Both the position numbers and the translations under genes were made by a program. From contig JAANOX010000280.1 in the NCBI GenBank assembly GCA_020184695.1, positions 765,592 through 829,591 of the forward strand: a DNA stretch of 64,000 nucleotides. The letters run 5' to 3'. Positions 34,979-47,615 of the stretch are shown here, piece after piece. The stretch comes from Histomonas meleagridis 2922-C6/04-290x. Taxonomy: Eukaryota; Protista; Parabasalia. Under the pieces are notes generated by a model, which had not been told where the DNA came from, ran no database searches, and saw only the letters and a program-made list of their open reading frames with translations. Each line of letters begins with the position of its first letter. Positions within the stretch are counted from its first letter, which is position 1.

Positions 34979-35860
34979 ATGTCTCAGATGGAGCAAGAAG
35001 AAAAAGAAAGTTTTATAAAACTGGCCCAAATTCCAACATGGAAAGATTATGGACCACGTGTGACACCACTAATACGTAAGCCTTCTCCTGAATCAGTTAT
35101 TTTTCAGCCAAATTCAGAAATTAATTCTCTAATTTCTTTTTTACCAAATGGTGATTCCACTGAACTTGAAGTTGATGCTATTGTAAATGCTGCAAACTCT
35201 GATTTACTTCCAGGTGGTGGTATCTGCGGTGCAATTCATTCAGCTGCTGGTAAAGAATTAGCACATGAATGCAAAAAGATCGGACACACTCCAACAGGCA
35301 AAGCTGCGTTGACTCCTGGCTTTAAGCTCCCATCTAAATATGTTATTCATGCTGTTGGACCAGTTGGTGAGCATCCAGATAAACTTGAAGAAGTATATAA
35401 GTCAACTCTTGCATTTATTGATGGTGATAAGATTCGTAGTGTTGCACTTTGTTGCATTTCCACAGGCATTTACGGATATCCAATACAACCCGCCACAAAA
35501 ATTGCGTTACGCGTTGTCAGAGAATATCTCGAAATCCCCGAAAATAGACCTAAAGTTGACAGAATCATTTTTGTTGTCTTCCTCAGACGCGATGTCGCTG
35601 TTTACTGTCGACTTCTTCCATTATATTTCCCATTGGAAGGCGACGTGAAATATTACGAAGAGGAAGAAATCGAAGAAGAGGAAGAAAATCAAAGCAATGA
35701 CTTCCTTAGTAGCGATGAAGAGAAAGAAGAACAAAATGAACAAAAAGATGAAAACGAAAATGAAAATGATAAATGTACGGAAGAAGAGAACAGAGAAGAA
35801 GAAGTTGAACAGAATGAAGATGCAGAAAAGAAAGAGCTTGAAGCAAAGCCTGACCAGTAA
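34979..35860 (+). CDS. MacroD-type macrodomain protein (ADP-ribose/O-acetyl-ADP-ribose hydrolase-like) with acidic tail
   Basis: DAIVNAANSDLLPGGGICGAIHSAAG, VIHAVGP, CCISTGIYGYP. Confidence 0.93.
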   Translation: MSQMEQEEKESFIKLAQIPTWKDYGPRVTPLIRKPSPESVIFQPNSEINSLISFLPNGDSTELEVDAIVNAANSDLLPGGGICGAIHSAAGKELAHECKKIGHTPTGKAALTPGFKLPSKYVIHAVGPVGEHPDKLEEVYKSTLAFIDGDKIRSVALCCISTGIYGYPIQPATKIALRVVREYLEIPENRPKVDRIIFVVFLRRDVAVYCRLLPLYFPLEGDVKYYEEEEIEEEEENQSNDFLSSDEEKEEQNEQKDENENENDKCTEEENREEEVEQNEDAEKKELEAKPDQ

Positions 35861-35968
35861 CTTTTATGTCTTTTTTTAATAAAAATAAAGTCATTAATTA
35901 ACTTGATTTTTTTTAATGTGTTCAAATTCACATAGAAATGAAGAAAACGAAAATAATGTCAAATTTTC

Positions 35969-38480
35969 TTTTTAAGTTTTCTATCATTTCATTTTAATAA
36001 GAAATTCTGAATTTTGAAGATGTATAACTGTTATTAATGACTTTAGATATAACAAAATAATTATTGTTGAACAACGAAAAATAATTTTAAATTATGCTTA
36101 CATTTACATTGAATATTGAATGTTTTTGAATGAAATGTGATAAACTTTACTTGGATTCATTATTCTTTAAATCAAAAAATAATATTTAAATAAAAGATAC
36201 AATGAAAAAGGATTTTTGTATATCAAGAACTCTTTATATTGTGCTTATTTTTATATAAAAATAATGAACTTAAAAAAATCAAAAATAGAAGAATTTCTAA
36301 TGTTTCAAAAAAAAAGATGAATTTCATGATGATGAAAACAATTTAAATGAATAAACGACATATCATTTTAAAGCATAAACTCAACACTATAACATATATT
36401 CATTATATTATTTAAAAGTGTCTTTATAATGATTTAAAGTCGTTTCTTTTAATTTACATTTTCAAATATTCAAAGAAATTTTAACCTTTTGAGACGGCCG
36501 ATGTTTATTTAGTGAAGGTCTTAAAATATATTGCAAGTTGAAACATGAAAATCCTTCATTTGTTCATCATTTTAGATACAGTTGAACGTTTTAAAGACGA
36601 TACAAATCTTATTACACCTTCTGTTATTCAAGAAGAAATGTTACAAATACAAACCCACGAAAACAAGGAAGGAGTGACTTACAAATGTGATAGGGAAGTA
36701 TCAATTAATGAAATTATGAACAAAAAATTCAAAAGATTTCATAATAATTATAATTTTTTGATAAACAAAATATTTTTAAATTTGACACAAAACATTGAAT
36801 ATACAACAATTGTACGTCAAGATTTTAATAACAAACAAAAATTTCGAAGAACATATTTTTCAAACATTTTGAAAAAAGACTTCGAAATTGATATATTTGA
36901 CAAAGATATCACATTTGAGGAAACGTTACACAAATATTATGAAGATATATCTTCTCTAAAAGGCGAATTTTCACGTTTTTTTATGATGCTAAACGATAAC
37001 GAAGAAGGGCCAAACGTTTTGAATGATTTACTTCATTTAACTGTCATTTTTTCAATTATATTTTCGGTTATTTATATCAAATTTTATCAGAAAAATACGG
37101 TTTCCGTTCAGAAAATATTGACGACCAAATATATATTGAAAGTAAAAGAAAAGAAAAAAATTGAAACTATTTTTGTATTTTTTCTGTTTTTCATGAATTC
37201 TTATGAAATATTTCATGAAGATGATTCAACACTATCAATCATGAATTCAAATGAATTTGAAGATATTGATAAATATCAAAACATAACAAAATGTATAATT
37301 ATCAGTGAAAATATTTATTCAATTCCAAACAGTGTATTTTCAGAATGGCCTTCAGTTGTTTCAGTTAATTTTGGTAACTCAGTCACAAATATTGGAATTA
37401 ATGTGTTTTTTTCATGTTTTAATTTAGAAACGATTATATTTGGAGGAAATGTTATAACAATTGGTGGTTCATCATTTTCATTGTGTTCATCAATCAAAAA
37501 CATTACAATTCCAAATTCAGTTACAACAATTGGAAGTTATGCATTTTCATCATGTTCTAATTTAATGATATTAACACTTGGAAATGGAATAATAGAAATT
37601 GGAGGTTCAGCATTTGGGAATTGTTATAATCTTGAATGCATTTATTATTATGGAGATTCAGAACCAAATATTGGTGAAGGTGCATTTTATAATGTTTCAA
37701 CAAGTGTTATCACATATCCAACATATGTAGAGGATCATTTTGGAAGTTTGGGTGTTGTTAGCGAATCTGCAGAAGGAATATGCGAACCACTTCCAACACA
37801 TTCATTTAGTCAATCAAATACACTCACAAAATCAAATACTTTTTCTAATTCAAATACATTTACTGCTTCGTTACAAAGTGATATTTCATTATCATTTTCA
37901 TATACATTAACAGTTACATTATCAATTACACATTCATTAACTATTTATGAAACAAAAACGAAAACATTTTCATTATATATAAATAATTGGACATTTTCAT
38001 ATATTGAAACAGAATTTATTTATTACAGTTACACAATTGTTATTTATTCGACTTATTATAATTATTATTCCAATTTCTTTACAATGTTTTACACTAATGA
38101 TAATGATAATAATAATCAAAACAATGATAATCAAACAACGATTATTATCGTTTCAGTTTGTGTAATTGTTTTAGTCATATTGATTATCATCTTATTAATT
38201 ATATTAATGAAACATATTCGAAATAAAAAAGAAGAAATATATGAAAATGATAAATCAGAAGAAAATGAAAATGAAAATGAAACTATGAATACATTTACTA
38301 CAGGAATAAGTAACATAAATATTGAAGAAGATCCATTCGCCGAAGATTTTCAAGAAGAAAAGTTTATTGAACAAATATAATATAATTATCAATAAAATAC
38401 AGTTTTTATTAATATTTGATATTTGTATTTTGTTTTTTAATCATAGTTACAATATGTAATACAAATTCAACAGTTAAATG
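35969..38480 (+). repeat. ~2.5-kb segment repeated inverted at 42245-44882 and partially direct at ~60710-62290
   Basis: Near-identical upstream non-coding DNA, fused ORF, BspA and 3' flank; boundaries approximate. Confidence 0.9.
36545..38380 (+). CDS. Chimeric BspA-like protein: ~197-aa unknown N-terminal region, LRR, stalk, TM, EDPF tail
   Basis: Single intact 611-aa ORF. LRR region starts after IETIFVFFLFF; tail EEDPFAEDFQEEKFIEQI. Confidence 0.8.
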   Translation: MKILHLFIILDTVERFKDDTNLITPSVIQEEMLQIQTHENKEGVTYKCDREVSINEIMNKKFKRFHNNYNFLINKIFLNLTQNIEYTTIVRQDFNNKQKFRRTYFSNILKKDFEIDIFDKDITFEETLHKYYEDISSLKGEFSRFFMMLNDNEEGPNVLNDLLHLTVIFSIIFSVIYIKFYQKNTVSVQKILTTKYILKVKEKKKIETIFVFFLFFMNSYEIFHEDDSTLSIMNSNEFEDIDKYQNITKCIIISENIYSIPNSVFSEWPSVVSVNFGNSVTNIGINVFFSCFNLETIIFGGNVITIGGSSFSLCSSIKNITIPNSVTTIGSYAFSSCSNLMILTLGNGIIEIGGSAFGNCYNLECIYYYGDSEPNIGEGAFYNVSTSVITYPTYVEDHFGSLGVVSESAEGICEPLPTHSFSQSNTLTKSNTFSNSNTFTASLQSDISLSFSYTLTVTLSITHSLTIYETKTKTFSLYINNWTFSYIETEFIYYSYTIVIYSTYYNYYSNFFTMFYTNDNDNNNQNNDNQTTIIIVSVCVIVLVILIIILLIILMKHIRNKKEEIYENDKSEENENENETMNTFTTGISNINIEEDPFAEDFQEEKFIEQI

Positions 38481-38672
38481 AGTATTGTGCTTGCATGAAA
38501 AGAATCAAAAATGAGAATATTAAATATTTTTTTTATTCTCCATATTTCTTTACTGCTGTTTTATGTGAATATCAAATACACAAAATGTGTGTACGTTGAT
38601 GCAATGAAAGTTTCCATGTTATGCGTACGTTAAGTTGGCTCACAGAATGTTAACGGTCAACAAAAGGTCAAC

Positions 38673-40889
38673 ATGGACGATTCGCTCGACGATATCCTTC
38701 ATGAAACAGAAGCCATTGAAAGAAATTATAAGAACGACTCTTCGATGACAATTGGGATATCACAACTTAGCGATTTCTTCAAGCGAATTGAAAAAGATCA
38801 AACGTCAAATTTAAATGGTCAATTTTTATTAGCACAGCAAGGCATTGATTCTGCCAAAACAGAGCGTGTAATAAAAGAGATGGAGGAGTCCTTAAGGTCA
38901 GAACAATCTGAACCCAATTTAATGCAATCAAAAGAAGCAATTCAATCTACAAAGATACCTAGAACAGCTCTTGAGCTTTTTGAGCGTTCCACACGAAATG
39001 AACTTGATGATGAATGGGATAGCATTACTCAAGATTTAATGAACATGGCCGAAAACACAATACCTAATTACAAAATTCCCAGTTCTCATTTCTTCCCAAC
39101 CCAAGGTTCTCTTTATTCCAGCTATTCTGAAGAGGCTGTTATTTTTGCACGTAATGTTCAATCCACTCCTTTACCAACAGCGCCCGAAATTTTAGAGCGA
39201 TCCATTCAGTCTCTTGACGAATATTCCAAGCTCCATCCTCTTAGTGGTAATAACCAAGTTAAACTTGATTATTTTATTGCACTTCGCTACATCCTTCAAA
39301 ATGTCATTGATGACCTCTCCGATCTTTCTCTTAAGACACACTTAATGATAATTGGTTCATTAGACTTTCTTCATCATCAATTTATGACAATCAATTTTCC
39401 ATCCAAAACCGAACTCACTGAAAGCGACATTGATTTATACGTTTCCAAGAATTTCCCCAATGCGAAAGCGCCATGGGCCAACATTTGGATTGCTATTCGC
39501 TCTGGTAATTTTGAAGTTGTCAAACAGATCTGTCGGAATTATCCTGAAACCAATGAATTTCTTGAGCATTTCGAAAATTTTGTTCTTGAAGGTAATGCTC
39601 CGACGTCATCAGCTAAGAATTGTTCAGTTCTTAATGACACACTTCAATCGACACCCGAAGAACAGTTCAAACTTCAATGTTATTCATTTGCAGTTGGCTT
39701 TGAGTTACAGCATCCACAAACGTCAGCGATGGATACAATTGAAGATTATTTGTTCTGTGTTTTATCACCGTTACGTTTTGGCTGTGATTCAGGATCACTT
39801 GTTGACATCCAAAACATTATACGTGAAGAAGCATCGAAACATTTTAGTCAAGGGAACTCACGTTTTATATATTCGATGATATTATTAATATGTTTACAAT
39901 TCCAAGAATCAGTAGATCAATTATTTTCCTCGAGGATCTTTCCGATTGAAACATTACATATTTGTATGATATTAAAGTCATTAAATTTATGGGAAGGAGA
40001 TGAATTATTATCAATGATCATTAATGAGTTTGTAAATTTATTACCGAATTCAATGTATTTAGAAGCGATTGATTATTTATCATTTGTGAATGATGAAAAT
40101 ATATTTATTTCATATTTAAATACATTAGATCCAAAGAAACAACAATTTGTCGACATAAATGTCCACGGACAAAAATCAGCAATTAATATGATACAAAATT
40201 ATATCTTAAAGAATCAGATTTCTTATTCATCGTTAAAGTTATTAATTATTTGTTCTGATTTCGAAAAAGCGTTTAATATGTTTTTAAATATTGAAAGTGA
40301 TTTCACATTATTAACATTTGAAGAGTTTGTTAATTCTATTTCTTTATGTACAACTTTAATATTACATTTATTAAATGAACAAAATATCGAAAAAATTAAA
40401 ATGATTGGAATTAATATATCATTATATGTGTTAAATAGAGCTGATCAAATAAATCAAAATGATCGACAAATATTAAAGGAAAACATGAATGAGTTCTTGT
40501 TACAATTTGATGAATCTTCGAATTATGATGAATTCGTAGTTGCTAAATTAACAAATATTCGAATTTTATTAAACGTTTTGGCGGTGTTAAACTTGTTCGA
40601 TATCGGAAATAACATCGAAGCAATGAAGAAAGTGAAAAATTTGTCGAAAGTTTTCCCGATGAGTTTGGACGAAGTCGATAACGCAGTGAATTGGGTGATG
40701 ACGAATTTGGATGTTTCTACACTCATCGGGACTGTGTCCTTGAGAATCATTGAGTACTTGTCGCTGAACTTGAAGGAAAACTTGAGCGAAATTAAGGCAA
40801 TGCTAAAGTTCACAAGTAGAATAAGTTTAACCGATAATATAAATAGAAAATTGATGGAAATTCACGATAGGCTAAACGCATATTTATGA
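38673..40889 (+). CDS. NUP93: Nucleoporin Nup93/Nic96-like
   Basis: WANIWIAIRSGN, TIEDYLFCVL, QFQESVDQL...IETLHICMIL match the Nic96 pattern; alpha-solenoid length. Confidence 0.7.
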   Translation: MDDSLDDILHETEAIERNYKNDSSMTIGISQLSDFFKRIEKDQTSNLNGQFLLAQQGIDSAKTERVIKEMEESLRSEQSEPNLMQSKEAIQSTKIPRTALELFERSTRNELDDEWDSITQDLMNMAENTIPNYKIPSSHFFPTQGSLYSSYSEEAVIFARNVQSTPLPTAPEILERSIQSLDEYSKLHPLSGNNQVKLDYFIALRYILQNVIDDLSDLSLKTHLMIIGSLDFLHHQFMTINFPSKTELTESDIDLYVSKNFPNAKAPWANIWIAIRSGNFEVVKQICRNYPETNEFLEHFENFVLEGNAPTSSAKNCSVLNDTLQSTPEEQFKLQCYSFAVGFELQHPQTSAMDTIEDYLFCVLSPLRFGCDSGSLVDIQNIIREEASKHFSQGNSRFIYSMILLICLQFQESVDQLFSSRIFPIETLHICMILKSLNLWEGDELLSMIINEFVNLLPNSMYLEAIDYLSFVNDENIFISYLNTLDPKKQQFVDINVHGQKSAINMIQNYILKNQISYSSLKLLIICSDFEKAFNMFLNIESDFTLLTFEEFVNSISLCTTLILHLLNEQNIEKIKMIGINISLYVLNRADQINQNDRQILKENMNEFLLQFDESSNYDEFVVAKLTNIRILLNVLAVLNLFDIGNNIEAMKKVKNLSKVFPMSLDEVDNAVNWVMTNLDVSTLIGTVSLRIIEYLSLNLKENLSEIKAMLKFTSRISLTDNINRKLMEIHDRLNAYL

Positions 40890-41350
40890 GAGAAGAAATT
40901 AATAAATAATTTATATTTTGTATTTGTTGATCAAATTGTGTGAACGAAAAATGGCTTTGATGTGTTGCGTAGAATGATTTACATAATGTTTTGAAGTGTT
41001 TAAATTAAAAATCACAACTGTTATTTATATATAGAGGCATTATCATGATTTTTGAAAATTTGAGTAGAGTTTGCCCTTTTTAAGGGAATTCTATTTTTAT
41101 GATATATTATGTATGAATGCAGATAAATTAGATAAATTAGAAAAATCGAAAATATCAAATTCTTATTTAAGTAAAGATAAATAAAAAATAACAAAAAAAA
41201 TATGTTCATTCTTTACATGAATAAATGCCTCAAAAAAATTACTTTGATATACATATAAGTAATAATTAAATTTAAACATATAAAAGATGAAACTCAAAAA
41301 GAAGAATAATATTAAATATACATTTTACTAACACAAAAATATTGTTGTAT

Positions 41351-42139
41351 CTATTGGAAATGGGGAATCCACATTTTCCCATAGTATGGGATAAAGAATC
41401 CGCCGATTTTCTCAAACGCATTCCATGCCTTTGCATAGTAAATATCTTTCACAAAAAGCCTCAGCAAACTCAAAAAAGTAATTGTTGCAATGGAAATCGC
41501 AGCAACTTTTTGCTTGTCGAAGGTAAACAAAGGGATAAAAGCTCCGTAATCAGTAAAAAAGTAATATACTGATGACGCAACTGAATGTTCAAACAAAATT
41601 GGGCCAAAACTTCGCGGATTTTGTCGGACAATACATCCAAATACTGTCATTAAGATGTATTTCGTTGTCCCAAATAAGGTAGAAAAAACTATGTTAAATA
41701 TCCATAGATCATATAACTTGAAATGAAGTGCTAGATCCATTGAAAGAATTATATCTCGACCGGCTAAATATCCCCTAATAATGGAAAGAAGAGGTGAAAA
41801 AAATCGAGATATCAGCCTAACAATATCAAATGGTGAATAATTAAATAAAAGCCAGATTATTAAAAATGTTGGAAAAAGTGAATCATTTGTAAATATGGCA
41901 AGTTGGTGATTAACTATTAATGAAGCAATGTTATCGCTACTAGTTGTCATTAAAAAAGTGAGAATAAGTGAGAAAATTGGAGTCTTAATTTTTAGAGAAG
42001 ATCGAACAAGATGACAGCTGCAAATGCAATCTAAAATATATAAAAAAGGATACCTTGGAAAGCAATTGGTAAGTGAAATCCAGGAATCAATTGATGTTTT
42101 CTTGAAATTATCAAAACAGAACCCTTCCCCACAAAACAT
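41351..42139 (-). CDS. TRIC/TMEM38-like trimeric cation channel
   Basis: PIFSLILTFLMTT...FLIIWLLFNYSPFDIV and multiple TMs; first ATG at 42139. Confidence 0.65.
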   Translation of the reverse strand: MFCGEGFCFDNFKKTSIDSWISLTNCFPRYPFLYILDCICSCHLVRSSLKIKTPIFSLILTFLMTTSSDNIASLIVNHQLAIFTNDSLFPTFLIIWLLFNYSPFDIVRLISRFFSPLLSIIRGYLAGRDIILSMDLALHFKLYDLWIFNIVFSTLFGTTKYILMTVFGCIVRQNPRSFGPILFEHSVASSVYYFFTDYGAFIPLFTFDKQKVAAISIATITFLSLLRLFVKDIYYAKAWNAFEKIGGFFIPYYGKMWIPHFQ

Positions 42140-42352
42140 TGAAGAACGTTTAACGATACACATCTTTTTTATGAATTAACAAAATATATTTCAAAAAATT
42201 TAACGAAAATATTTTTAAACATTGAAAAGTTTCATTTAACTATATAACTGAGTTTAATTTGTATTATATATTGAAACTTTGATTAAAAAACAAAATACAA
42301 ATATCAAATATTAATAAAAACTATATTTTATTGATAATCATATTATATTATA

Positions 42353-44246
42353 TTATATTTGTTCAATAAATTTTTCTTCTTGAAAATCTTCCGCAAATGG
42401 ATCTTCTTCAATATTTATGTTACTTATTCCTGTAGTAAATGTGTTAGTAGTCTCATTTTCATTTTCTTCTGATTTATCATTTTCATATATTTCTTCTTTT
42501 TTATTTCGAATATGTTTCATTAATATAATTAATAAGATGATAATCAATATGACTAAAACAATTACACAAACTGAAATGATAATAATCGTTGTTTGATTAT
42601 CATTGTTTTGATTATTATTATCATTATCATTAGTGTAAAACATTGTAAAGAAATTGGAATAATAATTATAATAAGTCGAATAAATAACAATTGTGTAACT
42701 GTAATAAATAAATTCTGTTTCAATATATGAAAATGTCCAATTATTGATATATAATGAAAATGTTTTCGTTTTTGTTTCATAAATAGTTAATGAATGTGTA
42801 ATTGATAATGTAACTGTTAATGTATATGAAAATGATAATGAAACATCACTTTGTAACGACGCAGTAAATGCATTTGAATTAGAAAATGTATTAGATTGAC
42901 TAAATGAATATAATTCTGAGAATGAAATTGGGTCTGACTGTGCATAGGTATTTGATTTTGTGAGTGTATTTGATTGACTAAATGAATGTGTTGGAAGTGG
43001 TTCGCATATTCCTTCTGCAGATTCGCTAACAACACCCAAACTTCCAAAATGATCCTCTACATATGTTGAATATGTGATAACACTTGTTGAAACATTATAA
43101 AATGCACCTTCACCAATATTTGGTTCTTTATCTCCATAATAATAAATGCATTCAAGATTATAACAATTCCCAAATGCTGAACCTCCAATTTCTATTATTC
43201 CATTTCCAAGTGTTAATATCCTTAAATTAGAACATAATGCAAATGCTGAATTTCCAATTGTTGTAACTGAATTTGGAATTGTAATGTTTTTGATTGATGA
43301 ACACAATGAAAATGATGAACCACCAATTTCTGTAACATTTCCTCCAAATATAATCGTTTCTAAATTAAAACATGAAAAAAACACATTAATTCCAATATTT
43401 GTGACTGAGTTACCAAAATTAACTGAAACAACTGAAGGCCATTCTGAAAATACACTGTTTGGAATTGAATAAATATTTTTCACTGATAATTATACATTTT
43501 GTTATGTTTTGATATTTATCAATATCTTCAAATTCATTTGAATTCATGATTGAAAGTGTTGAATTATCATAGTTAAATATTTGCAATGAATTTGCAAAAA
43601 ACAGAACAAATACAAAAATAGTTTCAATTTTTTTCTTTTCTTTTACTTTCAATATATATTTGGTCGTCAATATTTTCTGAACGGAAACCGTGTTTTTTTC
43701 TGATAAAATTTGATATAAATAACCGAAAATATAATTGAAAAAATGACAGTTAAATGAAGTAAATCATTCAAAACGTTTGGCCCTTCTTCGTTATCGTTTA
43801 GCATCATAAAAAAACGTGAAAATTCGCCTTTTAGAGAAGATATATCTTCATAATATTTGTGTAACGTTTCCTCAAATGTGATATCTTTGTCAAATATATC
43901 AATTTCGAAGTCTTTTTTCAAAATGTTTGAAAAATATGTTCTTCGAAATTTTTGTTTGTTATTAAAATCTTGACGTACAATTGTTGTATATTCAATGTTT
44001 TGTGTCAAATTTAAAAATATTTTTGTTTATCAAAAAATTATAATTATTATGAAATCTTTTGAATTTTTTGTTCATAATTTCATTAATTGATACTTCCCTA
44101 TCATATTTGTAAGTCATTCCTTCCTTGTTTTCGTGGGTTCGTATTTGGAACATTTCTTCTTGAATAACAGAAGGTGTAATAAGATTTGTATCGTCTTTAA
44201 AACGTTCAACTGTATCTAAAATGATGAACAAATGAAGGATTTTCAT
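42353..44246 (-). CDS. Inverted copy of the chimeric BspA gene with three homopolymer frameshifts
   Basis: ORFs 43992-44246, 43667-44008, 43419-43670 and 42353-43483 are collinear with 36545-38380. Breaks are at mononucleotide runs near 44025, 43695 and 43477. Confidence 0.75.
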
Positions 44247-44987
44247 GTTTCAACTTGCAATATATTTTAAGACCTTCACTAAATAAACATCGGCCGTCTC
44301 AAAAGGTTAAAATCTCACGGTTAAACTTTAAAAAACTTGTTGTTTATTTGTAGTTTTTCTATTTAATTTTCAAACATTTCTTTGAATATTTGAAAATGTA
44401 AATTAAAGAAACGACTTTAAATCATTATAAAGACACTTTTAAATAATATAATGAATATATGTTATAGTGTTGAGTTTATGCTTTAAAATGATATGTCGTT
44501 TATTCATTTAAATTGTTTTCATCATCATGAAATTCATCTTTTTTTTTGAAACATTAGAAATTCTTCTATTTTTTGATTTTTAAGTTCATTATTTTATATA
44601 AAATAAGCACAATATAAAGAGTTCTTGATATACAAAATCCTTTTCATTGTATCTTTTATTTAAATATTATTTTTTGATTTAAAGAATAATGAATCCAAGT
44701 AAAGTTTATCACATTTCATTCAAAAACATTCAATATTCAATGTAAATGTAAGCATAATTTAAAATTATTTTTCGTTGTTCAACAATATTTATTTTGTTAT
44801 ATCTAAAGTCATTAATAACAGTTATACATCTTCAAAATTCAGAATTTCTTATTAAAATGAAATGATAGAAAACTTTAAAAAGTCAAAACGATATTATCGT
44901 TAATATGATTTCATTTTATTTTATATGACAACACATAATTTTTGAATATACATTGAATCAAAAAATTTTCATTATTACACATTTTAT

Positions 44988-46194
44988 TCATAACCAATTG
45001 TCTTCATCTTCTTTCACAATATCTTCAACTAAACTATTTACTTCTTCGATTTGCTTTGTACTTGACGTTGTCGTGTCCTTAAATTGTAACTTTGATTTCG
45101 ATTTTTCTTTCTTGTTATTACTTCTCACTAAAAATATAACAATTCCAACAATGACCAAAACAAATGCAAATGATCCGCAAATAATTCCAATCAAAGCATT
45201 TGTCGTAATTCCATTTGGTGAATTTTCATTCGAAGTATGAAACATTGTAAAGAAATTGGAATAATAATTATAATAAGTCGAATAAATAACAATTGTGTAA
45301 CTGTAATAAATAAATTCTGTTTCAATATATGAAAATGTTGAATTATTTATATATAATGAAAATGTTTTCGTTTTTTGTTTCATAAACAGTTAATGAATGT
45401 GTAATTGATAATGTAACTGTTAATGTATATGAAAATGATAATGAAATATCACTTTGTAACGACGCAGTAAATGTATTTGAATTAGAAAAAGTATTTGATT
45501 TTGTGAGTGTATTTGATTGACTAAATGAATGTGTTGGAAGTGGTTCGCATATTCCTTCTGCAGATTCGCTAACAACACCCAAACTTCCAAAATGATCCTC
45601 TACATATGTTGAATATGTGATAACACTTGTTGAAACATTATAAAATGCACCTTCACCAATATTTGGTTCTTTATCTCCATAATAATAAATGCATTCAAGA
45701 TTATAACAATTCCCAAATGCTGAACCTCCAATTTCTATTATTCCATTTCCAAGTGTTAATATCCTTAAATTAGAACATAATGCAAATGCTGAATTTCCAA
45801 TTGTTGTAACTGAATTTGGAATTGTAATGTTTTTGATTGATGAACACAATGAAAATGATGAACCACCAATTTCTGTAACATTTCCTCCAAATATAATCGT
45901 TTCTAAATTAAAACATGAAAAAAACACATTAATTCCAATATTTGTGACTGAGTTACCAAAATTAACTGAAACAACTGAAGGCCATTCTGAAAATACACTG
46001 TTTGGAATTGAATAAATATTTTCACTGATAATTATACATTTTGTTATGTTTTGATATTTATCAATATCTTCAAATTCATTTGAATTCATGATTGAAAGTG
46101 TTGAATTATCATAGTTAAATATTTGCAATGAATTTGCAAAAAACAGAACAAATACAAAAATAGTTTCAATTTTTTTCTTTTCTTTTACTTTCAT
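44988..46194 (-). CDS. BspA-like protein with native ATG and signal peptide (MKVKEKKKIETIFVFVLFFANS), tail ending EDEDNWL; one homopolymer frameshift near 45375
   Basis: ORFs 45343-46689 and 44988-45383. The A6 run (A5 in the paralogue) causes the shift. Confidence 0.8.
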
Positions 46195-47615
46195 TTCATT
46201 AGATAGAAATTTAGGTTCAAAAATTACTTTATTTTTTAAATACAAAAAAAATCCCAAAATAAACATTAGGACCTGAAACATTTCATTTAGCTTAAGCATT
46301 TCTTTTTTAAAATTATTTTTCATTGATATTGAGGCATTTTCTTTCTGTGTAAAATTATCAAATGCCAAAGAAAAGAATTTAAAATTATGCTTACCAAATG
46401 GAATTAACAGTGGTGGCAAAGGGAAATTGTAACGATGCATTACTGCATTAAAGTAAAATCGATTTGATTTATTATTTCTTAACATAAAAAAATTTGTTGT
46501 TTGAAGGAAAGATCGGTTGTTTCTATTAGAATATGAGTCTCTTTTGGAATCAAATGCAAGGTAAGTTTTTCTTTTTGGTGTTTGAAAAATAGATAATTGA
46601 TGGTTAAAAATCGCCGAGTCTGAATTTATTGGTAAAAATTGAAATGAGCAAAAGAGTAGTACAGGGCAAATCACGAAGAGGTACCACATTTTTGGTGAAT
46701 GTTCAGAGACTTAACAATAAATCAGTGAAAAACGGAACAGGGAGCCTCAACCGTCTAATCTTTGGTTCGCATCGTTTGTAATACTTTTGATGACGTGAGT
46801 TTCAGTGTTTTTGCAATCGGAAGATGAACACGAATGGAAATGAGCCAAACCTGTATTGAAAAGTGACAGCAAATACCCTCATTTAACTGACAAAATGAGC
46901 AAAAAACGAAATAAAGAATATAATATCGGCGATGATGCGCTTGAAGGAACTCAAAAAGTTTCAAATACAATCAGAAAAAATTATATTGAATTTTGAATGT
47001 ATGAAAACCGGTAATATTTCGAACCGCCATCGTTATTTCAATACTGCTTCAATGAAATATGTTATTTGACACGCAGAAGCAAATTTCACTTGACTTTCCT
47101 GTTAAAAATATATCAAACACCAAAAACAGAAAACAAATGTAGTGTATAATTAATACATATATTATGATTTATGCATTATTTAATCAAAAAATCTATACTT
47201 ACAAAAATAAAAGAGCAAATAATAATTTCATTAAATAACTGCAAAATGAATATATATTTATTGCAATATCAAATGTATTTTCTCATCGTTAATTCTTGAT
47301 TTTCATCAGCTCATAATATTTTAAAATGTGTATCAAAAAATGATAAAATTAAAACTTGTAAAAATTGTACGTTAACAGACCGTTTATTTATCTGGAACAG
47401 CAGAATTAAAAAAAATGATTCAAATTGAATAGTTAGAGAGTTTCAACTAAATAAAAATTAATATTCGAATCACAACTCAATGTTTTACATAATGTTCATA
47501 TGAAATTAATGAAAAATTTAGAGTATCACCGGATATTGTTGTTTAACATTGTCTGAAAAAGAAATATTGAACACAAATTGAAATTATGAACTTTTTGTGA
47601 ACAAACCGTTGTTAG

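Noticed and set aside
35969-44882. Inverted 2.5-kb arms interpreted as giant TIRs of a Maverick/Polinton or composite transposon
   Set aside because: The arms are BspA genes with flanks, and the core contains host Nup93 and TRIC. No integrase, polymerase or target-site duplication was seen.
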